Below are positions 25,099-37,624 of a stretch of 64,000 nt of DNA, in pieces. The notes under the pieces are model-generated. The model had not been told where the DNA came from. It did no database searches and saw only the letters and a program-made list of their open reading frames with translations. Made by a program: the position numbers and the translations under genes. The DNA comes from Hemiscyllium ocellatum (taxonomy: Eukaryota). The stretch's first letter is position 1. The number at the start of each line of letters is the position of its first letter. Where the stretch lies: NCBI RefSeq assembly GCF_020745735.1, contig NC_083420.1, forward strand, positions 17,856,001-17,920,000. Direction: 5' to 3'.

Positions 25099-26468
25099 AT
25101 AGAACATAGAACATAGAAGGATACAGCGCAGTACAGGCCCTTCGGCCCTCGATGTTGCGCCGACCGAATCCTACCTAACCTATACTAGCCCAATAACTTC
25201 CAAATGCCTATCCAATGCCCGCTTAAATGACCATAAAGAAGGAGAGTTCACCACTGATACGGGCAGGGCATTCCATGAACTCACAACCCGCTGTGTGAAG
25301 AATCTACCCCTAACATCTGTCCTATACCTACCACCCCTTAATTTAAAGCTATGTCCCCTAGTAACACCTGACTCCATTAGCGGTAAAAGGTTCTTAGTAT
25401 CTACCCTATCTAAACCCCTAATCATCTTATACACTTCTATCAGATCTCCCCTAAACCTTCTCTTCTCCAATGAGAACAGCCCCAAGTGCCTCAGCCTTTC
25501 CTCATAAGATTTTCCTACCATTCCAGGCAACATCCTGGTAAACCTCCTCTGCACTCGTTCTAAAGCTTCCACATCCTTCCTATAGTATGGCGACCAAAAC
25601 TGCACACAATACTCCAGATGAGGCCTCACCAGAGTCTTATACAACTGCAACATGACCTCAGGACTCCGGAACTCAATTCCTCTGCCAATAAAGCCCAGTA
25701 CACCATATGCCTTCCTCACAGCACTATTTACCTGGGTGGCAACTTTCAGAGATCTGTGTACATGGACACCAAGATCCCTCTGCTCATCCACACTACCAAG
25801 TAGCCTACCATTAGCCCAGTAATCCATCATCTTGTTATTCCTACCAAAGTGAACGACTTCGCACTTAGCTACATTGAATTCCATTTGCCACATTGCTGCT
25901 CAGCTCTGCAGCTTATCTATATCCCGCTGTAACCTACCACTTCCTTCCTCACTATCCACAACTCCACCGACTTTTGTGTCATCCGCAAACTTGCTTACCC
26001 AGCTTTCAAGTCCTTCCTCTAGATCATTTATAAAGATAACAAAAAGCAATGGTCCCAAAACAGATCCTTGTGGTACACCGCTAGTAACTGCGCTCCAAGA
26101 TGAACATAATCCATCAACTACTACCCTCTGTCTCCTTACAGCCAGCCAATTCCTAATCCAAACCTCTAATGTATCCTCAATGCCATACCTCCGAAGTTTT
26201 AGCATTAGCCTACCATGGGGAACCTTATCGAACGCCTTACTAAAATCCATATACACAACATCTACTGCTTTACCCTCGTCCACTTCCTTAGTCACCTTCT
26301 CAAAGAACTCAATAAGGTTTGTGAGGCACGACCTGCCCTTCACAAAACCATGCTGGCTATCCCTGATCACGTTATTCCTACCCAGATGTTCATAAATCTT
26401 ATCCCTTACCATTCTCTCTAAGACTTTGCCCACCACTGAAGTCAGACTCACTGGCCTATAGTTACTAG
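25099..26468 (-). mobile_element. Young 5'-truncated CR1 LINE; ORF2 RT and C-terminus with one nonsense codon
   Basis: ORFs 26451-25900 and 25893-25180 share a frame, separated by a TGA (QS*AAMW); [27 protein letters not shown] motifs; (TTCTATG)n tail. Confidence 0.97.
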
Positions 26469-26544
26469 ATCTCCCAAAATAACAATGAAAATAGAGTAAT
26501 CATTACATTTCTCTCTTCAACATCAAATGACAGGAAGAACCACG

Positions 26545-26900
26545 ATGGAGAATAGTGATAAGACAGGGAAGAGGAGGAATTTCTTCTCTCAGGGGAATTC
26601 TTTAATACAGAGGGCTGTCAAGGTTAGGTGATTAAGTATACCCAAGGCTGAGATGGACATATTTAAATCAGGAATTTTCAAACAGATAAGCTACTAACTT
26701 CTGACCAACATGCCAACTCTTCAGGTTGGTCATGGAATCTTTTGATGCCCATCTGAAACAGCAGTTGGGGTCTTGGGAATCAGGAGTTATGGGGCAAAAG
26801 CAGGTAAATTGAGGATTATCAGAACAGCCATGATCTCACTGAATGGTGAAAAACATTCGATGGCTTGAATGACCTACTTCTGCTCCTACGTTTTATGGTC
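26545..26900 (+). mobile_element. CR1 3' fragment carrying a 111-bp foreign insert
   Basis: GAGGAGGAATTTCTTCTCTCAG...CAAGGCTGAGATGGACA|insert|GGAATCAGGAGTTATGGGG...CAGCCATGATCTCACTGAATGG. Confidence 0.75.
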
Positions 26901-27860
26901 TTGTTGTATAGTTCTGAACTATTGTTGTGGTCAGAGGAGAGTATGATTTTTCCCAAATCTGTCTGGGAATCTCTATTGGTTGGGATTTTTAATAAGTTTG
27001 TTGCCTGTCTTTGGAGATCACGTGGTTTTGAGCAAGGGTTGGGTTTGCATATTGTGCTTTTCCAGGCAGGACACTTGGGAGGGACAGGCTACATGGATTA
27101 GTGGTCATTTCCTGTCTGTAGAGCTCAGTTGGTTATCACAGTATACTTTGAGGGATGTGTCTACTCTTCATTGATGCAGCAATGAGCCTTATGCAAGGCT
27201 GCTCTTCACCACTAAAACGGTCCCCTGTCATAATGTAGCCTGAATTTTTCATGGCTGCAGCAATAGTTGGCTACACTTTTCATTGGCGAACAGTGAGTCT
27301 GACAAGATACTGCCGTGTTCTTCCTCAAGGCTGGGGTAATGAGCCCTGTCGGACATAGCTATCCTTCCACATTTATGACCAGAGCAATGGTCCCTGTGTG
27401 ATATTATTCTGTTCTCTGTGGATGGAACAATGTGCCGTCAATTGCTCTGGTTCACTGACCAAGTGGCCGTATGTTTCTAAGAGTAACAGCGTGAAATGTG
27501 GTAATTCCAACATTGTAACAGCTATTCCTGTTTTAATCTCAAGGAAAGGGATATCTTAATGACAATTAAAATTTGTGTGTGCCTCAAACAACACTTGGCA
27601 ACCACATTGCATGCTGTCCAATGAAAAAACCTCCACAATCAGCTGCTCAACAAAACCTTATAATGGGCATCTATCAATGCTTTAGTAAGACAGAAGTTTC
27701 AAGTCATAGTTCACAGACCTGCGCATAGTATCCAAACTGACACACCAATGCAGGGCCCAAGACCCCTGTTTCAGATGGGCATGAAAAGATTCCATGACCA
27801 ACCTGAAGAGTTGGTATATTGGTCAGAAGTTATTAGATTATCTGTTTGAAAATTCCTGAT
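26667..27860. repeat. Inverted repeat pair 26667-26777 / 27756-27860
   Basis: Reverse-complement match with 5 substitutions and one 6-bp indel. Confidence 0.93.
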
Positions 27861-28387
27861 GAAACTGTTCCATCCTGCGAAGGCAATCTATCCTCATTGT
27901 GCTGTCATTTCTAATGTAAAAATAATACAGGGATATTGTGTAAAAGATACTAAACTGACTTTCAGAATGTGCACCGAATCTTCCATGATGGCTCCCTGAA
28001 GTCACATGACTGTTCTCAGCTAGCTAAACAGGCAGTTACCACAGCATCAATTATGATGAACACTACAAGGGGTCCTTCGAAAGCGGTTTCATTCTGCCAA
28101 TTCCTCCAACTGACTGTGCCCCACCCCCATGGCCAGTTTGGCCAGCAGCCCTGCTTGATGACTGACCAGACCCCTGCCCATGCCTTGTGAAGCTCCCCAC
28201 CTACAGATCCCTTGGCCATTTACACCTGACCAGCAAGACTGACCGTGGTCAAATCCCCAGGTAGCAATGAGATGGATCCCCTCAGCCTGACTGCCCCAAG
28301 AGTTGTTTGACCTTGCCCAAGCGCCTGGACTGATAGCCGACATTGCCTTCGACTGATTGTCCTGGGTATCCCCTGACTGTCCTCTTT

Positions 28388-28820
28388 ATAGAGTCATAGA
28401 GATATACAGCATGGAAACAGACCTTTCGGTCCAACCTGTCCATGCCGACCAGATATCCCAACCCAATCTAGTCCCACCTGCCAGCACCCAGCCATATCCC
28501 TCCAAACCCTTCCTGTTCATATACCCATCCAAATGCCTCTGAAATGTTGCAATTGTACCAGCCTCCGCCACATCCTCTGGCAGCTCATTCCATACACGTA
28601 CCACCCTCTGTGCGAAAAAGTTGCCCCTTAGGTCTCCTTTTATATCTTTCCCCTCTCACCCTAAACCTATGCCCTCTAGTTCTGGGAAAACCCCAGGGAA
28701 AAGACTTTGTCTATTTATCCTATCCATGCTCCTCATAATTTTGTAAACCTCTATACGGTCACCCCCTCAGCCTCCGACGCTCCTGGGAAAACATCCCCAG
28801 CCTGTTCAGCCTCTCCCTCT
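28388..28820 (-). mobile_element. CR1 3' fragment
   Basis: VRVWNELPEDVAEAGTIATFQRHLDGYM; ERLNRLGMFSQERRRLRG. Confidence 0.9.
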
Positions 28821-28972
28821 TGACCTGACTGAATGCTACTAGCCCTCTATCTGGAGACATGGCAACTCGGTTAATGCTCACACTGTGTCTTTGCCTCATG
28901 AGTTGCTGGAACATATTGGCATGAGATGGACATAGCACTATGCTGTACAGCAACGTGTCCAGCCTCTGGAGT

Positions 28973-29075
28973 TCTGAAGAAAAGTCATATTGGACTCGAA
29001 ACGTGAACTCTGTGTTCCTCTCTCCACAGACGTTGCCAGATCTGCTGGGTTTCTGCAGCGTTTTTTTTTATGTCT
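28973..29075 (+). mobile_element. PLE terminal stub with hammerhead-like motif
   Basis: CTGAAGA-AAAGTC(ATATTG)GACTC-GAAACG followed by CTCTCCACAGACGTTGCCAGATCTGCTG. Confidence 0.65.
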
Positions 29076-29394
29076 ATCTCTAGTGATTACATGACAAGCT
29101 TACCAGGCAAGACAGAGGTAACATGAGCCTTTAAAGCACACCTGAGGAAAAGCACAAAAAGGCCAGGCAGGGATGCTGAGAGTATCCAGGTAGGCACTAT
29201 CTGAGTGAGTAGCGAGCAGCTTGGTCTAGTCTCGATGCCTGTCTCTAACCTAGTGTCCTTGCTATATTGTTCCACTGAAAGCTGCCATTGCACTCTAAAA
29301 GGCAGCTTGGCAGTGCAGCAGCACGCACTAAGTGGACTGGAGATGTGCTATCACATTGCAGAGAAGTCAGCCTGGAGCGAACGCCACTGGCTGT

Positions 29395-29397
<3 letters not shown>

Positions 29398-29475
<78 letters not shown>
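29398..29475. repeat. (GT)39 microsatellite
   Basis: Uninterrupted GT dinucleotide run. Confidence 0.98.
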
Positions 29476-29476
<1 letters not shown>

Positions 29477-31056
29477 TGCATATTAATGAGGTGAAGTTAT
29501 CTGGTAATGAGGATGTTCATAGGCAATAATCCCTGCTAATAGGCCTCTCGCTGCTCACAAGTGAGAATCTCATCTCGACATCTGGAACTCAGTAGGAAAA
29601 ATGTGACTTGTTGCTCCCAACGTTAAGAAAGTCCTAGCATGACCTTCTAAATTTTTCACCTCAGCCCACGTTACTCCTGTGAAGATTCCGCTCCAAATTT
29701 TCAATCCCCTTCATTGTGGAAAGATCATCTTCATGCACATAACTGGATGGCAGCAATAACAACTGATTTTACTTTAATCGTTGTAAATATCTGTTACCTA
29801 TTCCTATTTTTAATCCTTGTATCTGTAGTTTAGCTCTGAAAAGGCCACTTTCTACACCTGTAACCTCCAGCAATAGTTATGACATAAGCTAACCATTGAC
29901 CAAGGCTAAAGCTTTACTTCTGATTATTTTAAAATTGGAACATTTGAAGAACTCAAAATGGGCTAAATGAATTACATGAATTCACAGATCCTGCACCACA
30001 GCTGGACACAGCTGGTGTGTGACACTGTGGAGAAACATGACGGTAGAGCAAAAAGGTGGATTATTCCAGTCAGGTAATGGAATCCTCTGAGTCCCTGGCA
30101 ATAATTCAATCAGAGACTCTTAATTGAGATGCACTTAATGACATTGTGATGAACCACAAAAGAAGTAACAAAAGGTTTAGGAAGAGAATTATGATCGAAT
30201 GACTGCCTGTAGCTCACTGCCTGTTGCTAGTTGGTCTATGAATGCTTTCTTACATCAAATTAACATTGGGGAACCAGGCCATTGAGCCTAACTGGTCTGT
30301 ATCCACTTGCTTCACATGAGCATCCTCCTAGTGTTCACTTCATCTCGCCTTAAAAAATTATTATGTATAAAGTGCTCTGTGGGGGACAATATTCCCTTTT
30401 GCATTTTGTTTTCTTTTATGTGCCCGGTCAGATTTTTCAATGTACAGGAACGTTCGATTCTTTTGCGCAACTCAGCAGGGGCTAGAAGGGAACATGGTCT
30501 CGGATCTGTGTGGTACTGTCCAGGTTTCTCATTAACCATACACAAACACAGTTCAGCAGGAACGTTGTTAGGGGATACAGAATTTACAAGAAGTATTGTG
30601 CAGCAAAAGGAACAGTGTAAAGGCCAATGAGTAACATATACTATATAGAACATTTTATTTGAATTTGAAAAACAGCCTGCTTTTAACATGGAGGAGTTGA
30701 GGTAATTATGTGAGAACAACAGGACAGGAAGTATATATTAGCAGATTATGGAGAATAGAGTATATAATCGTTTTCCTTTTTTACCACAAAAGAGTTTTTA
30801 AATAATTTGTCCCTTTGACACAATGAGGTGATGCAGCACAGTGTGTTAGCATCTGGCTGAAGCTGAAGAACAATAAATTTGGCATTGACATATGACCCAT
30901 CCTCACGAGATGGCCATTGCCTGACTGATGCTGTGCATCAGTCTGCCCCCTAGTGACAGATTCTTCAGGAAGTCAATTATGCAGCATATTTATGTGCATC
31001 TAAGAAACAATGCTGTATGGAATGTCTGGACTCATAAAGCCTTACGGACATCAGTA

Positions 31057-31145
31057 TGTGTGTATGTATACTATCTTGAGCTGTGTGTATGTGCAAATGT
31101 TATCTTGAGTAGTGTGTATGTGTATATGTTATCTTGAACTCTGTC
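31057..31145. repeat. Imperfect tandem repeat, 3 units of about 25-30 bp
   Basis: TGTGTATGT....TATCTTGA repeated three times. Confidence 0.6.
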
Positions 31146-31164
31146 TGCGTGCTGTGCACATGCA

Positions 31165-31532
31165 CTTTTTAAAATTACTTTTTATTAATTCATGGAATAT
31201 GGGCATCATTGGCTGGGCCAGCGTTTATTGCTCATCCCTAATTGCCCAGAGGGCAGTTATGAGTCAAGCACATGGTTGTGGGTCTGCAATCACATGTAGG
31301 CCAGACCACGTAAGGATGGCAGATTTCCTTCCCTTTTAGGACATTAGTGAACCAGATGGGTTTTTCCTGACAATTGATTCATGATCATTATCAGACTGTT
31401 AATTCCAGAATTTTACTGAATTTAAATCCCACTATCTGCCATGGTGGGATTTGAACCTGAGTCCCCAGAACATCACCTTGGTCTGTCGGTTAACAGTCCA
31501 GTGATAAAACTGCTAGGCTGTCACCTCCCTAG
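31165..31532 (-). mobile_element. SINE family B
   Basis: Reverse complement of the 627-967 type, with GGGATTTGAACC (B-box) and GGACATTAGTGAACCAGATGGGTTTTT. Confidence 0.85.
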
Positions 31533-31564
31533 TGCATGGTGTGCTACCTTTAAGGGTTGGAGAT

Positions 31565-32995
31565 AGTACATAGAACAATACAGCACAGTACAGGCTCTTC
31601 AGCCCATAATGTTGTGCAGAGTATTTACCTTAAGCTAAGATCAACCTAACATCCCTCAATTTACTGCCAGCAGTTGCTTAGATGTCCCTACTGTATCTGA
31701 CTCTATTACCATCACTGGCAGTGCATTCCACACACTCACCACTGTCTGTGTAAAGAACCTACCCCTGACATCTCCCCTAAACCTTCCTCCAATCACCACT
31801 GTCTGGGTGAAGAAAATCCTCATCTCAGTTCGCAGATGGCCTACTCCATATCCATATCCATGACCCAGCTCTGGTGTCTCCAGTCCTCAAGAACATCCTT
31901 TCTGCATTTACCCTGTCTAATCCTGTTAGGTTTCTACAAGGTTACCCTCATTACGAACCCTCGTGACAGCCATTTCTGGCTTGGGGAAAAGTCTCTGGCT
32001 ATCTACTCTATCTATGCCTTTCGTTACCTTGTACACCTCTATCAAGTTCACCTCTCTTCCTTCTTCTCTCCAGTGTGAAAAGCCCTAGCTCAACCTCTCT
32101 TCATAAGACAAGCCCTCCAATTCAGGCAGCATCCTGGTAAATCTCCTCTGCACCTCTCTAAAGCATCTACATCCTTCCTATAGTGAGGCGACCAGAACTG
32201 GACACAATATTCCAAATATGGTCTAACGGGAGTTTTATAGAGCTGCAGGAAAATCTCGCAGCTCTTAAACTCAATCTGCTTTTAATGAAAGCCAAAACAC
32301 AATACGCCTTCTTAACAACCTGAGCATCTTGGTGGCAACTTTGAGGGATATATGGATGTGGACCCCAAGATCCCACTGTTCTTCCGCACTACCAAGAATC
32401 CTGTCTTTAACCCTGTATTCAGCTTCAAATTTGACCTTTCAAAATGAATCACTTTTTATTTATCCAGGTTGCACTCCATCTGTCACTTCTCAGCCCAACC
32501 CTGCATCCTGTCAATGTCTTGTTGTAGCCTGCAACAGCCCTCAACACTATCTACAACTCCACTGACCTTTGTGTCATCGGCAAATTTACTAACCCACCCA
32601 CCCTTCATCCAGTCCATTTCTAAAAACTACAAAGAGCAGAGGCACAAGAACAGATCCCTGCAGGAAACCACTGGTCATCGACCTCCGGGCGGAATACTTT
32701 CCATCCACTACCACACGCTATCTTCGTTCAGCCAGCTAACTCTGTATCCAGACAGCCAAATGTCCTGGTATCCCCTACCTCCTAACTTTCTGAATGAGCC
32801 TACCGTGGGGAACCTTATCACATGCCTTACTGAAATCCATATACACCACATCCACTGCTCAACCTTTATCAACTTGTCTTGTTGCATCCTCAAAGAACTT
32901 AGTAAGGCTTCTGAGGAATGACCTGTCCCTCACAAAACCATGCTGACTATCTTTAATCAAACTACGTTTTTCCGAATAGTCATAAATCCTGTCAT
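31565..32995 (-). mobile_element. CR1 LINE, 5'-truncated and degenerate
   Basis: Frameshifted reverse RT motifs (TTTGTGTCATCGGCAAATTT encodes KFADDTK); ACATAGAAC tail. Confidence 0.9.
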
Positions 32996-33313
32996 GGCCT
33001 GACAATTTTCACTGTTTGCACTCATTGATTAAGGGTTTGATTTCAATGATTATTCCTAAATTAGAAAATAAATTTCTGGAATAGAATGGTAAAATGTTAT
33101 GAATGGTAACAAAATGTGTATGCAGTCAACCTTTTAACTTTAGAAATTCTATCAACATTCAGAAGCCGCTCAATACTGAATAGGGAACATCTTGAAAGGC
33201 ACATCCAGTACTTTGCTTTCCATTGAATTCTTTATCTGTTGACAGTTGATTGTACAATTATCGCTTATATCAATGATCTTGTTGGGATCACATGTGAAGT
33301 AGTGTATTCTGAG

Positions 33314-33418
33314 AAAGTTAAAAATCACACAACATCAGGTTATAGTCCAACAGGTTTAACTGGAAGCACACTAGCTTTCGGAGCGACGCTCCTTCACCAG
33401 GTGATTGTCAATCATGAC
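33314..33418 (-). mobile_element. PLE (second family) stub with 9-bp TSD, inserted into another PLE stub
   Basis: TATTCTGAG at 33305-33313 and 33419-33427; minus-strand CTGGTGAAGGAGCGTCGCTCCGAAAGCTA. Confidence 0.8.
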
Positions 33419-33555
33419 TATTCTGAGGAAGGGTGACTCGATCTGAATTGTGAACTCTGCTTTCTCTCCACAGACGCAGTCAGGCCTGCTGAGCCTTTCC
33501 AGCAATTGCTGTTTGTGTTTCTGATTTACAGCATTCTCAGTTCTTTCGGTTTTTA
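33419..33555 (+). mobile_element. PLE terminal stub (same family as 4471)
   Basis: CTGAGGAAGGGTGACTCGATCTGAA..TCTCTCCACAGACGC..CCAGCAATTGCTGTTTG. Confidence 0.6.
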
Positions 33556-33561
33556 TGGATC

Positions 33562-34078
33562 ATTGTGTGCAGTTTGGTCTCCTTATCTGAGGAAAGATGT
33601 TCTGGTTCTGCAGGGAGAGCATTACCGGACTGATTTCTGGGTGAGGAGACTGACATCTGAAGAAAGACTTGATCGGTTTGTACTATATTCACTGGAGTTT
33701 AGAAGAATGAGAGTGATTTTGTAGCAACTTATAAAATTCTAACAGGAGGAGACAGGAAGGATGTTCTTGAGGACTGGAGACACCAGAACTGGATATGGAT
33801 ATGGAGTAGGCCATCTTAGAAATGAGATGAGGAATTTCTTCACCCAGAGAGTGGTGAGCATGTGGAATTCCATCATGGAAAGCAGTTGAGCCAAAACATT
33901 GAATACTTCCAAGGACTTGGATCTAGTTCTTAGGCATCAACTGCTAAAGGGGTCAAAGGGTGTAGTGAGAAAACAGGAACAAGCTAGTCAGTGGGATGAT
34001 CAGCCATGATCATATTGAATGGCAGAGCAAGCTCAATGGGCCAAATGGACTATTCCTGCGCCTGTTTTCTATGTTTCA
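33562..34078 (+). mobile_element. CR1 3' fragment
   Basis: WSPYLRKDVL..EERLDRFVLYSLEFRRMR; tail TTTTCTATGTTTC. Confidence 0.85.
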
Positions 34079-34339
34079 GTGCACCATTGTTAAGTATTTG
34101 TACCGTGAAAACCACTGAACACACTGCTGTCAGAAGATTGTATTGGGCAGAGAGCACTCAACTGAAAATTTCAAAAATTGGAAATGTGTTTGTTTGACAC
34201 ACCTAATAGCAGTTATGAACCTAGGTGGTAAGATGAGAGTTAAGAAACAGATCAGGTTTGAGCTAATTGACAAGTTTCACAGAAACAGAAAGTGCAGTGG
34301 TATAGAAAGTGTCTATCCGGACCATTGTATCATCACCAA

Positions 34340-34920
34340 CTTTGTGGGAACTTTAACATGATGCTAATGTTCCCCCCACCCACCTTTCACTGTAAATCCT
34401 ACGCAAGTTAGTATCCAAATAATCATCTCATTGCCTCATCTTGAATACCTCAATTGAACCTGCCTCTACCATACTTCCAGCCAGTGCGTTTCAGATTCCA
34501 ATTAGTTGCTGTGAGAGAAACATTTTTCTCACCTCTGATTTGCTTCTTTTGTAAAACATTTTAAAACTGTACTGTCTGATTCTCAGTCCATTTACGAGTA
34601 GAAACTGTTTCTCCCTATTGACTCCGTTCAGACCCTTAATGATTTTGAAAATTACTACAAAAGTCTTCCAAAAGCTGAATGGTCTCCTCGTGTACCTATC
34701 AAGAATTAAGTCCCATTTAAAGAAAATATAACTAACAGAAGAGTCTCTTGTGCGTGTTAAACTTGTAGTGAACCTATCACACTTAGAGGTCCGTGTAGTA
34801 TCTGGGTCTCCATACCAGAAGCAGTGTCTGGAGGTCCTTGCAAAGTACAATACTCATTTGCTAGGATGTTACCCAAACTGAGAGACTGATGCTATTAGTA
34901 AAGATTAAACGACCTGTTCC
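34340..34920. mobile_element. Degenerate CR1 fragments in both orientations
   Basis: Minus-strand FKIIKGLNGVNREKQFLL; plus-strand remnant near 34780-34915. Confidence 0.55.
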
Positions 34921-34974
34921 TCTTTCAATGGCAGTTGTGACACATTGCACATCACCCTACTTTTTCTGGGGGCT

Positions 34975-35345
34975 GCGAGTTCAAGTCCCACTCCAGGACT
35001 TAGATACAAGAATAATCATAAGAGGGGACACCCCAGTCCATTATAGAGAGGACACTGCACTGTCTATCAGTTGCAATGTTAAAAATGAAACGATGTGTAC
35101 CTGTTGAGAGAGGTGCAACAAATCCCATGGAAAAGAACAGGGATTTTGCCCTGGCATTCTTGACAATGTGTTTTCCTCAACTGATCTCACAGAAACAGAT
35201 CATTGGGCCGTTATTCCATTGCTTTGTGGGAGCTTGCTGTGTGTAAGTCGGTTGCTATGTTTCTATATCATGACAGTAACCTCACTTTGACAACACGTTG
35301 TTGGCTCTAAAGCATTTTAGAATGTCATGTGTATCACTGAAATAC
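34975..35345 (+). mobile_element. Deu-domain SINE (SacSINE1/AmnSINE-like)
   Basis: GTTCAAGTCCCACTCCAGGACTT head; AATCCCATGG..CCTCAAC..AACAGATCATTGG..TGTGGGAGCTTGCTGTG Deu core; TTGGCTCTAAAGCATTTT tail. Confidence 0.7.
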
Positions 35346-35349
35346 ATTT

Positions 35350-35725
35350 CTCTGGTGATCTGATAAAGATCTTTAATGTAATGAAGAAGTAGAGTCGGAG
35401 AATAAATTTCTATTTGTGTGAGGTGCCATAACTAGGGGCTATACTTAAAAAATGAGGTACAAATAAATCATTTAAGGAATGCAGACACAAGAATTCTTAC
35501 ACAGATGAGTAAGAATATTATGCGGGGACCTTACCAACAGGGAGTAGTGGAAGCAAATTTTATGGATGCATTTAAGGGGAAGATAGGTTGACATAAGTGA
35601 AAGCAGGTAGTGGAATGATGTCTTAATAGGGTTAGATGAAGTGAGGTATGAGGAGACACATACAATCATAAATACAGCAGACTAGTTGGTCTGAATGACT
35701 TGTTCCTGTACAGTAGAATTGATGT
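35350..35725 (+). mobile_element. Degenerate CR1 3' fragment
   Basis: GGAGTAGTGGAAGCAAAT..GATGCATTTAAGGGGAAG..GGTCTGAATGACTTGTTCCTGT. Confidence 0.6.
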
Positions 35726-35789
35726 CTCTCAGTCTTAATGATGCATTTCAAGCTGCTGTATTAAAGTGCCAAAGACTATTTTGACTTTA

Positions 35790-35985
35790 ATTCATCCCTC
35801 AAACAGCAGCAGTAAAACAGCTTATCTGGTGACTGTTCACATAACTGTCAGTGAACCCTTGCTGTAGGCAAATGAGCTGCCCCAATACCACAGTGCCTAC
35901 ACGTCAAAAAAAGTGCTTCATTGGATGCAAAGCACTTTAGGATGTTGTGGAGTCATGAATGGCACTATTTCAATGCAAATGTTTC
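35790..35985 (+). mobile_element. Deu-domain SINE 3' part
   Basis: AAACAGCTTATCTGGT..CTTGCTGTAGGCAAAT..CTTCATTGGATGCAAAGCACTTTAGGA. Confidence 0.6.
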
Positions 35986-36271
35986 ATCACATATACAGGA
36001 ATATTATTAAAATAAATTGTATCGGGGAGGGAATGAAGGGGCAGGGTTGTTACTCAGAGACTGTGGAGTGTGCAATGAGCAATGCCAGGGTTGGAGATCT
36101 GGAACAAACATATCTGCTCATCTCGACCCACAAGCAGTGCTGTAAAGACAGTCACCTGTTGATTGCAGACTGTCTTCCCTCCTTTTATTGGTCCAATTTC
36201 CTAAGGACAGGGAATCACCATTGACAGTAATTGAAAATAGAAACTATGTTAGAATGGAGGCATGTTTGTCT

Positions 36272-36392
36272 GTAGTGTTAGGTAAGGGGTAAATGTAGGG
36301 GTATGGGTGGGTTGCGCTTCGGCGGGTTGGTGTGGACTTGTTGGGCTGAAGGGCCTGTTTCCACACTGTAAGTAATCTAATCTAAAAAAAAA
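36272..36392 (+). mobile_element. HE1 SINE 3' part
   Basis: Near-identical to the 3' end of the HE1 copy at 45979; ATCTA tail. Confidence 0.85.
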
Positions 36393-37029
36393 GTAACATC
36401 CTTAAAACCTTTCAACAAGCCATCATCCTCCTGAGAGCAGATTATTCTCCCACCCTCCCCTCCCTCAGTTAAAATCAGAAAATGGGTGAGTTCAAGTATG
36501 CTGGGGTGCTCATTGAACTATTTAGCATGTTTACCTCCCAATGACCACAACCCTAGCACTCCCAGATTTTGGGATCAAAAATTACCTGGCTGTTTTTGTA
36601 TTCAACCACTTTCTTTGCACACTTTTGAGTTCTCAAGCATAAGAGATGGTAAATATTTGCTGTTTGATAGGGAGGGACAGATGGAGGTAGGATGACATCT
36701 CCAGGAATGTAGCCAAAAAGAGTTGGCAATCCTAAGTGTGGCACAAAGTGCCAAGTGAGGCAATTGAAAAAGCACCCAAACATCTATCCAGAATTAGTTG
36801 GGAGGAGCCCAGGGGAGTTGTGGTAGGATGTCAGTATTTATCTGTGAATGAAAGGTATCTGAAAGCTGAATTGTAAAATACTTCACAATATATCGCAACA
36901 CGCACCTGTGGCTGAGTAATATATTCCAAACCAAAGCTCAAGAGGCATCACTCTGGACTAAAATTCCCTAAAGAAGGAGAAGGAATAATCTTTCCCCAGC
37001 TTCCCAGTTGATGTGTTGCTCCTTGCTGA

Positions 37030-37215
37030 TTGAAACAACAGCAACGTTTTATTTTCTAAAGTGCCTTTGACAAAACAACATTTCCCAAAATGCATCACAA
37101 AAAATACATCAGAGCTTAATATTTCACTGAGCCCCAGAGGGAGATATTAGAATTAGATAAAAAGAGGTAGGTTTTAAGGAATATTTCAAAGGAGGAAAAT
37201 GATGTAGGAAAGTAA
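37030..37215 (-). mobile_element. L2-like LINE 3' end
   Basis: AAAGAGGTAGGTTTTAAGGA, reverse of the 3770-type segment. Confidence 0.55.
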
Positions 37216-37624
37216 AGAAAGTATGTTTTAATATGAGAAATTACAATTTTGTTAACTGACACACATATGAGTTCAATTACATACAGTGAAATATAAACTA
37301 TTAAAATAACTTATGAATTTTGGGTGTTAGTCAAGGTTAAGTGAGTGCACTTCAGCATCAAATATACATGTTAGAGGCAGAAAATGTTGTGTATCAGATA
37401 ATACAACTTTTGTTCTGAATCAAAATCCAGCTTGAGAAAGTGTCTAATGTCAGGATTGTAAGGCATCACATCTCCACATCACATATCCATTTAACATCCA
37501 CATTATCCATTTAAAATCAACATTTCATGTTGTCTTGTGTACTGTTCTGTCTGAGAAGCTATTTCTCAATCTTCATTTCATATTTATAATGTCCAAAATA
37601 TAAGCAAAACGTTGAACCAAAAAA

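Larger units (their letters stand above)
31793..33857. repeat. Inverted repeat pair 31793-31945 / 33721-33857
   Basis: Shared unusual CTCCATATCCATATCCA and GGTGTCTCCAGTCCTCAAGAACATCC in reverse-complement orientation. Confidence 0.8.

Noticed and set aside
29205-29529. CV/TH-repeat ORFs
   Set aside because: Translations of the (GT)n microsatellite
27970-29695. Large decayed Harbinger-like MITE (CCGAATCTTC ... GAAGATTCCG); similar hints at 11090-11890 and 21700-21800
   Set aside because: Terminal match of about 10 bp only, no TSD; cannot be supported by eye
30312-30719. 135-aa minus-strand ORF
   Set aside because: No recognisable domain or good splice sites; length compatible with chance
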